DNA from: Octopus sinensis
Lineage: Eukaryota
Assembly (NCBI RefSeq): GCF_006345805.1
Contig: NC_042999.1
Location: 79,050,001-79,114,000 of the forward strand
DNA: 64,000 nt
Direction: 5' to 3'
In this document: piece by piece, positions 14,305 to 27,674 of the stretch
Position numbering within the stretch: the first letter of the stretch is position 1
How the letters are laid out: the number at the start of each line of letters is the position of its first letter
Notes under the pieces: generated by a model
What the model saw: the letters and a program-made list of their open reading frames with translations, nothing else
Databases searched by the model: none
Told to the model about the DNA's origin: nothing
Made by a program: the position numbers and the translations under genes

Positions 14305-14467
14305 TCTAATTTTGGCAGGAGACCAGCAATTCAGAGAGTGGGGTTAAGTCGATTACAATGACTCCAGTTCTGAACTGGTATTTATTTTTTCGATTTCGAA
14401 AGGATGAAAGACAAAGTTAACCTCGGCGGAAATGAACCGGCGCAATATCAATTCTGCCAGCTCACCA
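14305..14467 (-). mobile_element. Degenerate family B SINE
   Basis: CGAAAGGATGAAAGACAAAGTTAACCTCGGCGGAA and TTCTGCCAGCTCACC. Confidence 0.75.
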
Positions 14468-15070
14468 CCAACATCATTCACATTGACTATATGTAATCAT
14501 CGCTTCGAAAAATTGTGGAAGACGACTAAAACACGACTGTCTTTGAGCGTCATCGCATCCTCCTATATCAGGCCTTGCATCCTGCCATTTCCCCGCCAAC
14601 CATTCGCGTATAAAAATCTTTGATTAAAAGAATATGTCACTCACAAAGACTAGGTTTCTTCTTGAGGACCACAAAGTACTAAACCCTTTCAAAAGTTCAT
14701 AATTGATACATACGATGACAATGTCTTGCTACGTTACATTAAGGTATCTTAAAATGCAACCTCAGTAAAGGCTATTTGACAAATTGTCATGAAATCGGTT
14801 ACAGGTGAGTTCACCGCTATCATTTCGTCGCAGGAGAGTTCATCGCCATGAATTCACCACGAAGAAAGTTCACAGCGAGGAAAGTTTACCGAGAAAATAT
14901 ATCCAAAGTATTTCACCATTAATAGTTAAGAAATATTTCATTGACAGAGGGAGGGAAAAGAAAAAATGGTGAGTAAATGTCTCACCAGGGAGCAGTGCAG
15001 ATGTAACCGAAACAATAGTTGTGCTAAATAAGGCTTACAGTACACATTGTCTTTCCTATTAATTATCTAG

Positions 15071-15137
<67 letters not shown>

Positions 15138-15150
15138 GGGGTGGGGTTGT

Positions 15151-15295
15151 GTTTATATTAACATTCAGCAGAAGTAACAGAGTGACTCAAGGCCCGACAG
15201 TTTCGTGCGTTGGCCCTTATCAAAGTTTCATAAGTGTCAACGCACGAAACTCTCGGACCTTGAGTCAATGTTACTTCTGTTAAATATTAATAAAA
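15151..15295. repeat. Fold-back inverted repeat, about 60-bp arms
   Basis: TGACTCAAGGCCCGACAGTTTCGTGCGTTG versus CAACGCACGAAACTCTCGGACCTTGAGTCA, extending outward through CAGAAGTAACA/TGTTACTTCTG. Confidence 0.85.
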
Positions 15296-16299
15296 ATACA
15301 CAAATGCACATTTTGAGTTCTATTTTTCCTGTTTACATCACCATTCCTATATATAGATATGTGTGTGTGTGTGAATGGGAAACAGTAGAAAATGGAGAAA
15401 TTGACAAATAGACATCAGTTTATTCAAAGATATTCAAATCAATATAATATGAAATTATTATCCCTACAGCCGTTTCCATAGCCAATTAATTCAATTAGAG
15501 ACAATAAATTAAATTAATTTATTTTGAAATTTTCATATTGGAGCTAGTTAATTGGGTATTATATTAGAGGACAGTTTACCAGAAAGGAGTTACTTTCCAA
15601 CGTGTTGGTTGATCCCTGACAGACTCATAGGTATGTACGTATATATGAATGTACACATACGCATATACACGTACAAAGAGAGACAAAGTCACAGAGAAAC
15701 AGAGGAAACAGAGAGAGACACAGTGATAGCCAAGCTTAGAGATATAAAGATAAATAGACATCGGTTATATTTCTACATGTCGAATTGTCGAGCCTTTTCA
15801 TCTCTAACTTTATACTGTTAACTCATAAAATATCAATACCAACTACTAATATCAAAATGAATATATAATTAAGTGCTCACGCGCAAACACATGTACACTC
15901 ACGCACACACGCGCAAACAAATGGAAACACACACACATACGCGCGCCAAAAAAATACAAACGCATGCACGTACGCATACACACATACATATACATATGCA
16001 TTTCTATCTCCACCTTTTCTCTTTCTTTCTCTCTTTTCCTCTTGCTTCCTATTCAGAAGTACACACGTAGAGCAAGAGAGAAAGAGAAAGAGAGAGGAGG
16101 GGAGGGAGAGAATGAAAACATTTCTTTTGTAAATATTACTGAAATATTAATAGAGACGACTAGTTATAGATAGCTTGATTATAATATATAGAAGTAAAAA
16201 CTACAAATACATACTTGCTTATACATATATATGTACACACACACAAACACACTAACATATATATATATGGTTCTGGTAGGGTATAAGGGAGGGTATATA

Positions 16300-16381
<82 letters not shown>

Positions 16382-16407
16382 ATATATACATATGTATACA
16401 TACACAC

Positions 16408-16449
<42 letters not shown>

Positions 16450-16462
16450 ATTCTAGCAAAAA

Positions 16463-16500
16463 CTGTCTGATGAACGGCAACGAGAAACTCAGAGTAACAG
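16463..16500 (+). ncRNA. Minimal type I hammerhead ribozyme motif
   Basis: ctgt-CTGATGA-aCG-GCAA-CGa-GAAA-CTCAGAG-TA-acag. Stem I ctgt/acag, 2-bp stem II with a GCAA tetraloop, GUA triplet; AATAAA follows and (TA)n flanks both sides. Confidence 0.72.
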
Positions 16501-16626
16501 ATTTTGTTGAATTTTCTGCTGCTTAAAATAAAGTATATATATATATATATATGTGTGTTTATATATTTACTTATACATATATATATATATATATATACAT
16601 ATATATATTCATATATATATATATTC

Positions 16627-16657
<31 letters not shown>

Positions 16658-17011
16658 CGCACATAATACACATACAGAGATACACACGCACCTGTGTCTT
16701 TATTAAAGTGTGTTGGCGTGTATATAAATATATATATATATAATATTGATATATGTTTATGTGCATAGTAAATGTGAAGTTTTATACGTATTATGCATAA
16801 AAATCGACTAAATTTTATTAAAGTTATATGATCATTTGTCAGGGAAGAAACTATGAACTGCATCAGTTTTATTCTGAGTTCGAATCCTAATAGTTTGGAT
16901 TTATCTTGTGGTATTTTCGGGAAAGATGATATAGGAACTAATCATTAAATCGAAGGTTCGTGAATATACCTTGGGAATCGGTAAACACTGATTTAACCTA
17001 AATTTGAGACA

Positions 17012-17261
17012 CCAGCAAAAGACGGATTTCGACTGATGTACTTGCGCGTACAGATGCACGTTCCCACGGCTTTATTCATCGTATTCTCACCTGGAAACGA
17101 TTTTTGTAATTTTTTCAAAACTTATACACGCCCTGATACCGTCAGTATCTACATATCAAATTCGAGCGCAATCGGATGGAGGATGCCCGAGATCCTAGAA
17201 AACACACACACACACACACACACATACACACACACAGATAGAACGGATTTTATATAATAGA
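17012..17261 (-). mobile_element. Non-autonomous Helitron-like element
   Basis: Minus strand begins A|TCTATTATATAAAATCCGTTC, has an internal (TG)n and ends TTTTGCTGG|T (CTAG-like); homologous to 52807-53111. Confidence 0.75.
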
Positions 17262-17367
17262 TATATACACATATACATATATATAAAGGAAGGAGAATGG
17301 AGAACTATGCATCTTCAAATCTTGGTTATTGCTATATTATTCACGTTACATTCATGTGAAATTTCAA

Positions 17368-17466
17368 TCCGACGCGCGTTTCTGTTGCATAAGCGTCCTG
17401 ATGTCTCTTGATGTAGCATTTATGTGAATATAGTTGTTTCATTTGCAGTACATATTCATTCAGGGT
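17368..17466 (-). ncRNA. Degenerate hammerhead with long stem II
   Basis: Minus strand: cc-CTGAATGA-..tgtactgca...tgcaaca-GAAAC-GCGC-GTC-gg. Canonical palindromic GCGC loop and GUC triplet, with a 1-nt insertion in the core. Confidence 0.5.
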
Positions 17467-19107
17467 AGACATACCTATGCAGCTTTGTTCAAAGTTTCAC
17501 CTATGTGGGAAGAAGGAGCAAAATGTACACATACATGTACACAGACATATAAATACACGCATGTACGCACGTTCACACACACAATTATATAGCCATATGT
17601 ATATAAATATAGGACTAAGGGACTTTCAGTGTTTGTATGGGTGTATACATATTTGTGTGTGTATGTGTGTGTGTATGTGTGTTATATCTAATAATATACA
17701 TATAGATATTTACATAACATAGTTGAATTGCATCTTCATATGGAAGCATATATATATATATATATATATACATACATACATACATACATACATACATACT
17801 TACATACATATGTACATGAGCAAGCGTGTATGTGTAAACGTGTGCATATAAATATAAATGCAAATGTATACGTATGTGTGTGTGTTTGTGCGCGTACAAA
17901 GTGTAATAATCGATAGCTTTAAACGCCGTAGCACTGAAGGAGCAGGTGGCGCCATCAGGCGATCTGCTGTTTATCCAATTCATGTGACATATGTAATAAA
18001 ATTTTAAAGATTTAGTTATGTGATTACACAGTAGGCTGAATATATTGGACTTGTAGGCTTGAATTCCACTGAATAATTTAGCAGTGATATAATTGAATAG
18101 GGCGACAGCGGTAGCTAAACAGATAACGTTTATATATGATAGCGTTTGAGAGTTTTGCAGACGATAAGTCGTTAGAGCAACGGACAAGCAGCCGATCGCT
18201 AGCTGGTTCGTATCCCCTACCAAAACATATCCACATTATTACCAGTATTGTGTAGTGTACATAGCCGAGTTATTTAATATACGATATCTCACTTTTTCTA
18301 GCTGTAAACAAGTACCACAAACCAGCAACAATCGAGCCCCATGTGGCAGCAGCGGTAACACTATAAAATTAATGAGTGATTCATTCTTTAGCTTTCGGAG
18401 TTGTTTAGTCTGCGAGTCAGGCCCAGTAAAGTCAACCTATAATCAAAAGCGTTTCAACCATGGCCATCCTGTCCTTTTGCATGTGAGAAACTAATTACAA
18501 TGGTCAATATATTCGAAATTATTTTTAAGATGGTATGTTCTTTAATTTTATAAAGATGTCACTGTTATTTTTAGTCAGTCTATTTGTATATTTAATGTAT
18601 TTTCATGGTGATAACGGTGGCGGTGGTAGTGGCGATGTTAGTAGTAGTAATAGTGGTGACGGTGGGGCTGTCTATTCTTTGGTTGCAGTAATATATAGTA
18701 CAATCATTTACCATACTATTGTACTCATTATTAATTAAAGCTTTTCTGATAAAGTGCAGAGTGTGAGAATACTAAATGTAGCATATTGAGTAGAGACACA
18801 CATAAAAAATTAATTCTATATTAATGGGGGCAAAATTTCTCTTTGCATGTGGTCGCTAATAGATGCTTGCTATTGATGACGCTCAAAGAACAGAAATACA
18901 TATTTAGCAATTCCACTGCCGCTGTTTGCCATTTTTCGTCTGCTACTGATATATTTCTGTGTTATTTAACACTATACTTTTATATGAGATTGAGTCTCGT
19001 AAGGATACTGCAGTTTCCAGGATATTTACAGTGTACCTGCGTTAAGTATGATATACAGAATGCTCATTTGTATTAATACTGCTTATATATATATATACAT
19101 ATATATA

Positions 19108-19514
19108 GAAGTGGCTGTGTGTTAAGTAGCTTGCTAACCAACCACATTGTTCCAGGTTCAGTCCCACTGCGTGGCATCTTGGGCAAGTGTCTTCTGCTAT
19201 AGCCCCGGGCCGGTCAATGCCTTGTGAGTGGATTTGGTAGACGGAAACTGAAAGAAGCCTGTCGTATATATGTATATAATATATATATATGTATGTGTGT
19301 GTGTGTTTGTGTGTCTGTGTTTGTCCCCCTAGCATTGCTTGACAACCGATGCTGGTGTGTTTACGTCCCCGTCACATAGCGGTTCGGCAAAAGAGACCGA
19401 TAGCATAAATACTGGGCTTACAAAGAATAAGTCTCGGGGTCGATTTGCTCGACTAAAGGCGGTGCTCCAGCATAGCCGCAGTCAAATGACTGAAACAAGT
19501 AAAAGAGAGTAAAG
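19108..19514 (+). mobile_element. Family A SINE
   Basis: Near-identical to 42793-43215. Confidence 0.9.
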
Positions 19515-19580
19515 ATATATATATATATATATGTATGTATGTATGTATATATTTTTATGTGTGTGTGTACATGCATACGT

Positions 19581-19882
19581 GGAGGCGCAATGGCCCAGTG
19601 GTTAGGACAGCGGACTCGCAGTCGGAGAATCGCGGTTTCGATTCCCACACCGGGCGTTGTATGTGTGTATTGAGCGAAAACACCTAAAAGCTCCACGAGG
19701 CTCCGGCAGGGGGCGGTGGCGATCCCTGTTGCACTCTTTCGCCACAACTTTCTCTCACTCTCTCTTGAGTAACGCTGCGATGGACTGACGTCCCGTCCAG
19801 CTGGGAGGAATACATACGCTACAGAAACCGGGAAACGGGGCCCATGAGCCTGGCTAGGCTTGAAAAGGGCGACGTTTTTTTT
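19581..19882 (+). mobile_element. tRNA-derived SINE, family C, with V-domain-like segment
   Basis: Head GGCGCAATGGCCCAGTGGTTAG...GGTTTCGATTCCC; CTGCGATGGACTGACGTCCCGTCCAG resembles the V-SINE core as I recall it. Confidence 0.75.
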
Positions 19883-19895
19883 ATACATGCATACA

Positions 19896-19990
<95 letters not shown>

Positions 19991-21095
19991 TATATATATA
20001 TATGTATGCTTGTATATACGTTAGTATGTATGTACTATGTTATGTATGTGTATGTTTGTACGTATGCGTGTGTGTGTGTGTATGTACGTGATTGTCTGCA
20101 TAAATGTATGTGCCTGTGTTTAATTGCATAAGTGTTAATATATTCATTGCAGGGAATATTTAAAAGGTAATATAGAAATTATTATGCGATGACAAAAATA
20201 AGAATAATAAACAATATTCGTCAATGACTAATATTATCATTTGCGCTCATGCGACAAATAAAAGAGATAGCATCAGAAAGGTTTTGGCATTATTCTGACC
20301 TCATCAACGAGGCATAACTTTCTTTATATTTACCAATGAGTAGTTATAAAAATATCATTAAGTCAATGTAATAGACTGTACATTGGTTGGTGTGGGAATA
20401 TATACGCTTGCAAGAATTCATTTATATATTTTATATGGATATGTATGTGTCCGTGTACTTATTTGTCTGTCCTAACACATAACGGTGAGTAGCACTGAGA
20501 AAAACGGAGGAAGGGAGGGATTATGAATAAACGGTCTTGTGCTAAATAAGTGATTGATTAGCTTTGATAGAAATAGACAGGCTAGACCATAGATAGAATT
20601 CTGAATGTTTTTGGCGTGTCTATGTATAGCTATCGCCGTGCATATGTCACTGTGTGAGTTAATTCTGGACAAAGTGTTTTGCGTGTGTTTGCTAGCTTCA
20701 ATAAATAAACAGCTAAAAACGGGGACAATTAATAGATATATTCTTTGTCGGCATATGCGTGCGTGAGTGATTAAGAGAGTGTGTGCGCATATATGCTTGT
20801 GTGTTTGTGTGCATACGAGTGTGTGCATGTGTATGTGTGTGTGTGTGTGTGTTTGCTTGAACGAGTATATTTGTTTGTAAATGTGTAATGCATATTTGAT
20901 ATTGTGATATTGATAACTAATTCTATATACTTCGGTCCTATCAATAAACTGATTAGCTATGACAATTAGAAACCATTCATCCATTCATCTAAACTTGTAT
21001 CTAATCTCTCTCTATTGATATATATATTATATATATATATATATATATATTTATGTATGTATATACATATATGTGCATATATTCATACATATATA

Positions 21096-21178
<83 letters not shown>

Positions 21179-21511
21179 GGCGCGTGGCTCAGTGGTTAGA
21201 GCGTCGAGCTTACGATCGTGAGGTTGTGACCTCGATTCCCGGACCGGGCTGCGTATTGTGTTCTTGAGCAAGACACTTTATTTCACGTTGCTCCAGTTCA
21301 CTCAGCTGTAGAAATGAGTTGCGACGTCACAGGTGCCAAGCTGTATCGCCCCTTGCCTTTCCCTTGGACAACATCGGTGACGTGGAGAGGGGAGCTCGGT
21401 ATGCATGGGCGACTGCTGGTCTTCCATAAAACAACCTTGCCCAGACTTGTGCCTCGGAGGGTAACTCTCTAGGTGCAAACCCATGGTCAGTGCCTGACCG
21501 AAGGGGTCACC
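21179..21511 (+). mobile_element. tRNA-derived SINE, family D, CORE-like
   Basis: A-box TGGCTCAGTGG, B-box-like CTCGATTCC, then TGTGTTCTTGAGCAAGACACTT...CAGCTGTAGAAATG resembling the CORE domain. Confidence 0.78.
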
Positions 21512-21560
<49 letters not shown>

Positions 21561-21578
21561 TGTATGTATGTATGTATG

Positions 21579-21614
<36 letters not shown>

Positions 21615-21618
<4 letters not shown>

Positions 21619-22509
21619 GGTATGTAGAAAAATACAACATGGACAAGAACGTATAACAGATAGAAGACGATACAATAAACATGGACAGGACATTCGAACC
21701 CCTCAGTCTTCAGTCAAGAACCGGATCATCGTAGTAATTTCGGCTGATTAATCTTGAGATTACTAGATCACGGCCAGCCCTCCAAGAAAAACTAAGCTGG
21801 AAGCGTAGATTTCCTGGAAGAAGGATCGAATGCATACGAACACCAGGACAGCAAAAGGGACAGATATAAAAAAAACAAAAAACAATAATGGAATACAGAA
21901 ACATGAAATACAGAAGCATTAACGGTGAAAACAACAAGTGTCTTACGACTGATAACAAGCAAACAAATTTTTTCTCTGGCGCATTGGAAAAAGCCTTTAT
22001 AGCGGCGGACGAAGAACAACGATGTTAACACGACGAGGGTCAGGAGCTGAAAGGCAGATTTCGGCCAACAGTCACGTGACAGAGAAGAGGGAAAAGAAAA
22101 GAAAGAGAGAGAGAGAAAAGGGGGACAAAACGCAACAAAGAGAGAGAAGAGAGAGAAAGAAGGAATCAGAGAGGAGAAGGGATGGGTGTCGAAGAATGAC
22201 CTGTGAGTGCAGAGCGAGACAAAGAAATAGGAGGGTAGTGGAAGACTAGACCAAAGGATCAGAGGAAAGAGAAGATGAATAGAGAAAGTGAGTAGAGAGA
22301 AAGATGAATAGAGAGAAAGAGAGAAAGTAAATGAGAGAGAGAGAGAGACAAACAGAGAGTCGTACCAATTATTAAGAATATGTGTTCACATTAATGATAA
22401 AGGGGGTACGGGGCGCCTGGAATATATGTTAAGGTATGTAGAAAAATACAACATGGACAAGAACGTATAACAGATAGAAGACGATACAATAAACATGGAC
22501 AGGACATTC
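21615..22509. mobile_element. Terminally redundant non-coding element (81-bp direct repeats, period 814 bp) in (TA)n; Penelope/retrozyme-like
   Basis: TTAAGGTATGTAGAAAAATACAAC...GGACAGGACATTC is identical at 21615-21695 and 22429-22509; no TG..CA LTR termini. Confidence 0.7.
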
Positions 22510-22631
22510 ATATATATATACATATATACATATATACATATAGATATAGATATATGTGTATATAGACTCTTCCTCCATTGTTATTGTTGTAAGTTCTTAT
22601 TGTTGTTGTTATTATTATTATTATTACTTTT

Positions 22632-23208
22632 ATTGAGTGAGAGGGCAATGCATGCCATCAAATTGACACTGGGGTACAAATTTACGAAGCACAGTACACC
22701 CATCATCATTACCCGTTTGATAAGGGTATACCAGGCACATGCATCTCAACCATATTTGCGCTACTTTTTAGAATTTTCTTCAGGTCGAGTAGTCCATTCC
22801 CCTCAAAAGGCCCCTGAATAAGGGTTGTATAAGGATGCTGAACAAAACACCCATGTTTCCAGAGGTGTATCATCCAAACCCCAAAGAATTGATATTGTGA
22901 TATTGATAACTAATTCTATATACTTCAGCTATGACAATTAGAAAACATTCATCGATTCATCTAAACTTGTCTCTAATCTCCCCAACTACTTCTGCTCGTG
23001 ATCAGAGATGCACATATCATCAGCCACCAAGAGACTCGCTCAAGTGGTTATGGTTAAACAACTGACAAGCAAATCTGTGGTATTGAGCAGAATGTTTGCT
23101 GTAGCTCATCTTTTATACCAAGACAAGACAATGTACATGATAACACTTCCAGTCGCTTAAGAACAGAAGCCATGAGAGCCACTGTCTGGTACTGCATCAT
23201 GGCATGCA
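22632..23208 (+). mobile_element. Unclassified (TAA/TTA)n-associated interspersed repeat, family E
   Basis: Begins ATTGAGTGAGAGGGCAATGCATGCCATCAAA; homologous copies at 28312-28485 (-) and 61405-61978 (+). Confidence 0.8.
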
Positions 23209-23607
23209 TTATTATTATTATTATGATATAACTTCAATAATTGGTAGATTGAGTCAAATTTCTACAGTATTACGTGCTACGTCTCCATGTTGCTGAGGTG
23301 TGTGCAGCATTGTGTGTTTTTTTCTGCTGTTGGCAGTATGCGAACTCTCCCCGGTGCTGTATTGTGCTAATCTTTTTTTTCCTTGGGGTGTGGTGCTGTC
23401 TTTTGTTCTATTACTCCTTGTATTGTTTGTTGAGTATTTAATACTTCGGTTTTTTTGGCTTGCTTTTTGGTTTGCTGGAGTGTATAATGCTTTTTTTTAG
23501 CTTGCTGGTTTTATTGGCATTTACTGGATAAATGCTATATAAAGTGTCTTATTATTTGTATGCTGTCTTTTTTAGGTTGTATTATTGGATTGATATTATT
23601 GTTATTA

Positions 23608-23650
<43 letters not shown>

Positions 23651-23663
23651 CATTATCATTAGC

Positions 23664-23694
<31 letters not shown>

Positions 23695-24960
23695 TTCCTA
23701 TACTCACAATAGATTAGACTGTTGGAAAAGATAAATTCCTAAGGTCGGGCTACAGCAAGTAACCTTAGATGCCAAGAACCCTCCTAAGTCTCCTAGCTGT
23801 CCTTAATAGCGCTGTTTTCTGGAGCGGTACTAAACTGGGCTTTAAACCTTTTTCTTCTATTCATCTGTTCAAATCAATAGGGATAGTTCATAATGCACCA
23901 AGAACCACTGGGATACATTTTACCTGCACTTTCCATAGTCTCTGTAAGTCAAGGGCTAGGTCCTGGTAGTTTTCTTTATACTTCTCATATTGATTTTCTC
24001 ATCTGTAAAGTTTAATTATCTGGCACTTTCTATTCCTTTTATCTGCTACTACAAAATCGGGCCTTCTAACTTATATTATTCTGTCAGTTTGAATGTTAAA
24101 GTCACACAACATTTTATATTACTAACTTTCTAGAACTTTACCATTTGTCAATATGCTCAAATCTTAGCTTTCTACACAACTCCCAGTGGATTACTGTACC
24201 TAAGTTGTAGGTTTTTCTGGTATTCTTTCTGTGCCAGCATGCTACACTCACTATATGAGTAACACTTCCCTCTTTTGTGTTGCATAACCTAATTGAGAAT
24301 CTACTTGGTCTTTGTCTATCTTGGCTTTTATTCAGTTAGTCCTTCACGCTTGATCTTGTGCTGGGACAGACTTTCTATCTCCTTTTCAGCCTTCCTTTCT
24401 GCAACCACAACCATGTCTCACTACTACTAATTGCTGCAACTATCTTTGGGAATCTACCATGCAAAGCCTTCTCCTGCCAGTCAGATAATTTCTGTTCTTT
24501 TTCTGGTTTTTAACTTCATCTGGCATCTTGGTTTCCCTATATCCTGTTGTGACTCTTATAACTCTCGATAAACTTTCTTCTCTATTACCTACAGAGGAGT
24601 CTACATCTGCTCTAGCTAACCCTACGCAGTCTTCTACTGATATCAATCCTCTTCCACCTTCCTTTCTAGGTCTGTATAATCTTGTTAATCCTGCTCTTGT
24701 GGGAAATCCTTCATTCATATTGAATTCCTTCCTAGTTCTTCTGTTTAGCTTAGCTAATTCAGATTTTGTCAGTCTACAAAAGCTTCTGAATATCAAAGTA
24801 GTGATACCGCGCAAGTATTTACAGCCTCCACTAGATTCGAACTAGTTAGCTTTGACTTCATAGCTTCCTCACTTTTCTAATGTATTCCTTCTCAACTTTC
24901 GTTTTTATTTCTATAATCAGTACTCTGTCAGATTCTAATACTCCCAGATACTTATAACTC

Positions 24961-24961
<1 letters not shown>
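23695..24961 (-). mobile_element. Decayed RLE-type non-LTR retrotransposon (R4/Dong-like), RT C-terminus through endonuclease
   Basis: Minus frames: YKYLGV (late RT motif), RLYRPRKEGGRGLISVEDC, RPDFVV..KRN, IPIDLNR, LQKTALLRTARRLRRVLGI-stop; many stops and frameshifts; triplet microsatellites on both flanks. Confidence 0.88.
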
Positions 24962-25030
<69 letters not shown>

Positions 25031-26008
25031 TATTCAACGGCAAAAGTTGCGTAAGAAACTCAAGGTCAAAGTGTTTCATGAATGGCGCATACCAGACTTT
25101 GACAAGTGCCATACACAATACTCTTGGTCCTCGGCAATAGTATAACATTGCATGATGTATGTGAGTGCGCGCACGTGCTTGCGTGTGTATGTGTATTTTC
25201 TCTGTGTTATATATGTGTTATATGTATAAATACGTCATCACTTTCCGTTAATGTCTATCGTCCGAAACATTAACATCATCATCTCTTCCTCGGCAACATA
25301 ATTTATTCTGCCGAGGACATTTCCTTTAATCGTGGATACTCACTAGTGTCTTCATCTTTTAATGTTCACATGTATATATGCAGTAGTTTAACTTATCGAG
25401 TTTAAAGTGTCAAAAATAATCAATTTTGAAAGTATCACAACCCTGATACAAAAGGCCTTTTCTTTTCTCTTTTAACCCACGAAGTGAAATAACCGACGAA
25501 TAAATTATATAATACATCAGTTACCCATGTATTATGAGTTCGATAATCGCGGGTGGTATTTTACCTAGTTTTTACGTAGGGATCTATATATTACATTGCA
25601 TTAACTGTAGAGAGTGTTAGCTGTGATAGATTGGCTTTTAATCCAGGAGGTAATTTATCGCATACACTACGTAGAATGAATACACTTCTAAGTACGGGTT
25701 CTCAGGAGACTCATCGTTTTATTTTATTATATTCAATTATTTCAAATCTGTGTTTCATGAAATGGTTATAATTGAATAGAACCTGTGATCATAATTTCAA
25801 AATGATCATTCTAAGAGTAATTTCGATGAGTTTTGTAGACTTCATGTTGAGTGAACATCCCAGAAAAGGAAGATAAACAGATTATGAAAAAAGAAAAAAA
25901 TTCTTGATACGAGTTGTAAATTATTATTGTTTCTTATATCTAAATGTTGCAACAAAAGAGAGGTAATCGAAAATGCTGTACGTACAGACATACATGCATA
26001 TATATATA

Positions 26009-26074
<66 letters not shown>

Positions 26075-26270
26075 AATAGTCGTTGAAGTTTTCATCATCA
26101 CCATCATCATCGATATCGTCGTTACCACAACCACCACTACCACCGGCGGCACCGCCACTACCACCACCACCACCACCATCATCATCATAATCATTATCTT
26201 CGTCGTCGTCGTCGTTGTCGTAGTAGGTATTATCAGCAACAATCGCAACAAAAACAAACAAAAAAAAGCT

Positions 26271-26860
26271 GTGGCGACTGCAATAGCAACAATAACAAAA
26301 ATAGTTGCTGCAGCAACAACAACAATTGCAAGATCCACAAAAATAGCAGCGGCAACAACAGCAATCGCAACAATAACTAAATTAGCAACAACAACAGCAA
26401 TTGCAACAATAGCAAAAATAGCAGCGGCAACAACAATAGCAATTGTAACAAAAATATCAACGCTGACAACAGCAATCGCAACAGTCGCGAATGTGGCAGG
26501 GACGACAAAGGCAATCGCAACAGTCTCAAAAATAGCAACAGCAATAACAACAATCTCAACTATATCAAAAGTAGTAGCGTCAATAGCAACAGAAACAGTA
26601 GCAGCAGCAAAAGCAAACAATAGCAACAACAAAAAATAATATCACGAACAACATCAGCGTGAGCAACAAAAATAGCAACACTAATATCAGCAGCATAACA
26701 ATAAAGACATCAAATACATCAAAATCCACAACTTCAAAAACAACAACAGTGTTAGCATCAACAACCAGAAAATTAATAACAGCAACGTCAACATTAGAAA
26801 TATCAACGGCAATACCAAAAACAATATCGTCAACAAAAACAGCAACACAAACAAGAATAT
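26271..26860. repeat. Degenerate (GCA/ACA/ATA) triplet tract with a higher-order period of about 36-39 bp
   Basis: The + frame reads AIATITKIVAAATT / TIARSTKIAAATT / AIATITKLATTT / AIATIAKIAAATT; no ATG or splice acceptor. Confidence 0.7.
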
Positions 26861-27674
26861 TTCATAAGCTTTACTTCTTTATTATATATTGTTTGTTGTA
26901 TTTGTGTAAGGTTAATTGGTTTTTAAACTTGAGCAATCAAAGATTAGAGATAATTTTTCATTTAAAGATTTTCCAAGAAATATCAGATATTTTTAAGTAC
27001 AACAACAACAATAACAGAACAGCGGGTGTAGTAGTAGTAGTAGCAGCAACAACTACAACAACAACAACAACAACAACAGCAACAGTAGCAAACAACAAGA
27101 GCTAAAAGAGTAAAAACAAAAGCAATAAGAACAGTTTTAAAAAAAGGAAACATCATCATCGTCTTCGACATCGTCGTTGTCGACATCATCATCATCAACA
27201 ATAACATCAGCAACAATAACAACAACGGCGTCAATGAAAATACCAACAGCAACAAAAACACTTTGGCGAAGGCAACAATATTAACGACATCCTCCTCTTC
27301 CTCCTCCTCCCCTCCTCCTCCTCCTCCACATCATCATCATCATCAACAACAACAACAACAACTTCAATAGCGACACAAGATGAATAATTTAAAAGCAACA
27401 GCTACAACACCCTCAATAACAATAAAAACACAAAACAAAACATATGAAAATTAAGTATTTTAAACTACAACAACGACAGTAGCAGTAAATTAAGAAAAAT
27501 ATTTATAGTTAAAGCAACAAAGACGACACTGGTGACAATAACAGCAGCAACAACAACAATCACAGCAATTTTCTAATATTAACAATCATAAATAAATAAA
27601 TAAATAAAGGATCGCAAGTCCCTCCCGGGCCATTGGTTTATAAGGTCGGTTTCCCGGTTTTGTGACGTATATAG

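Noticed and set aside
14804-14895. Sub-repeats of about 15 bp (AGTTCACCGC-like) as a CRISPR array or transposon end
   Set aside because: No unique spacers, eukaryotic context and no matching opposite terminus found.
21179-21250. tRNA gene (also the heads at 19581 and 42793)
   Set aside because: No complete cloverleaf or terminator; they continue into SINE bodies.
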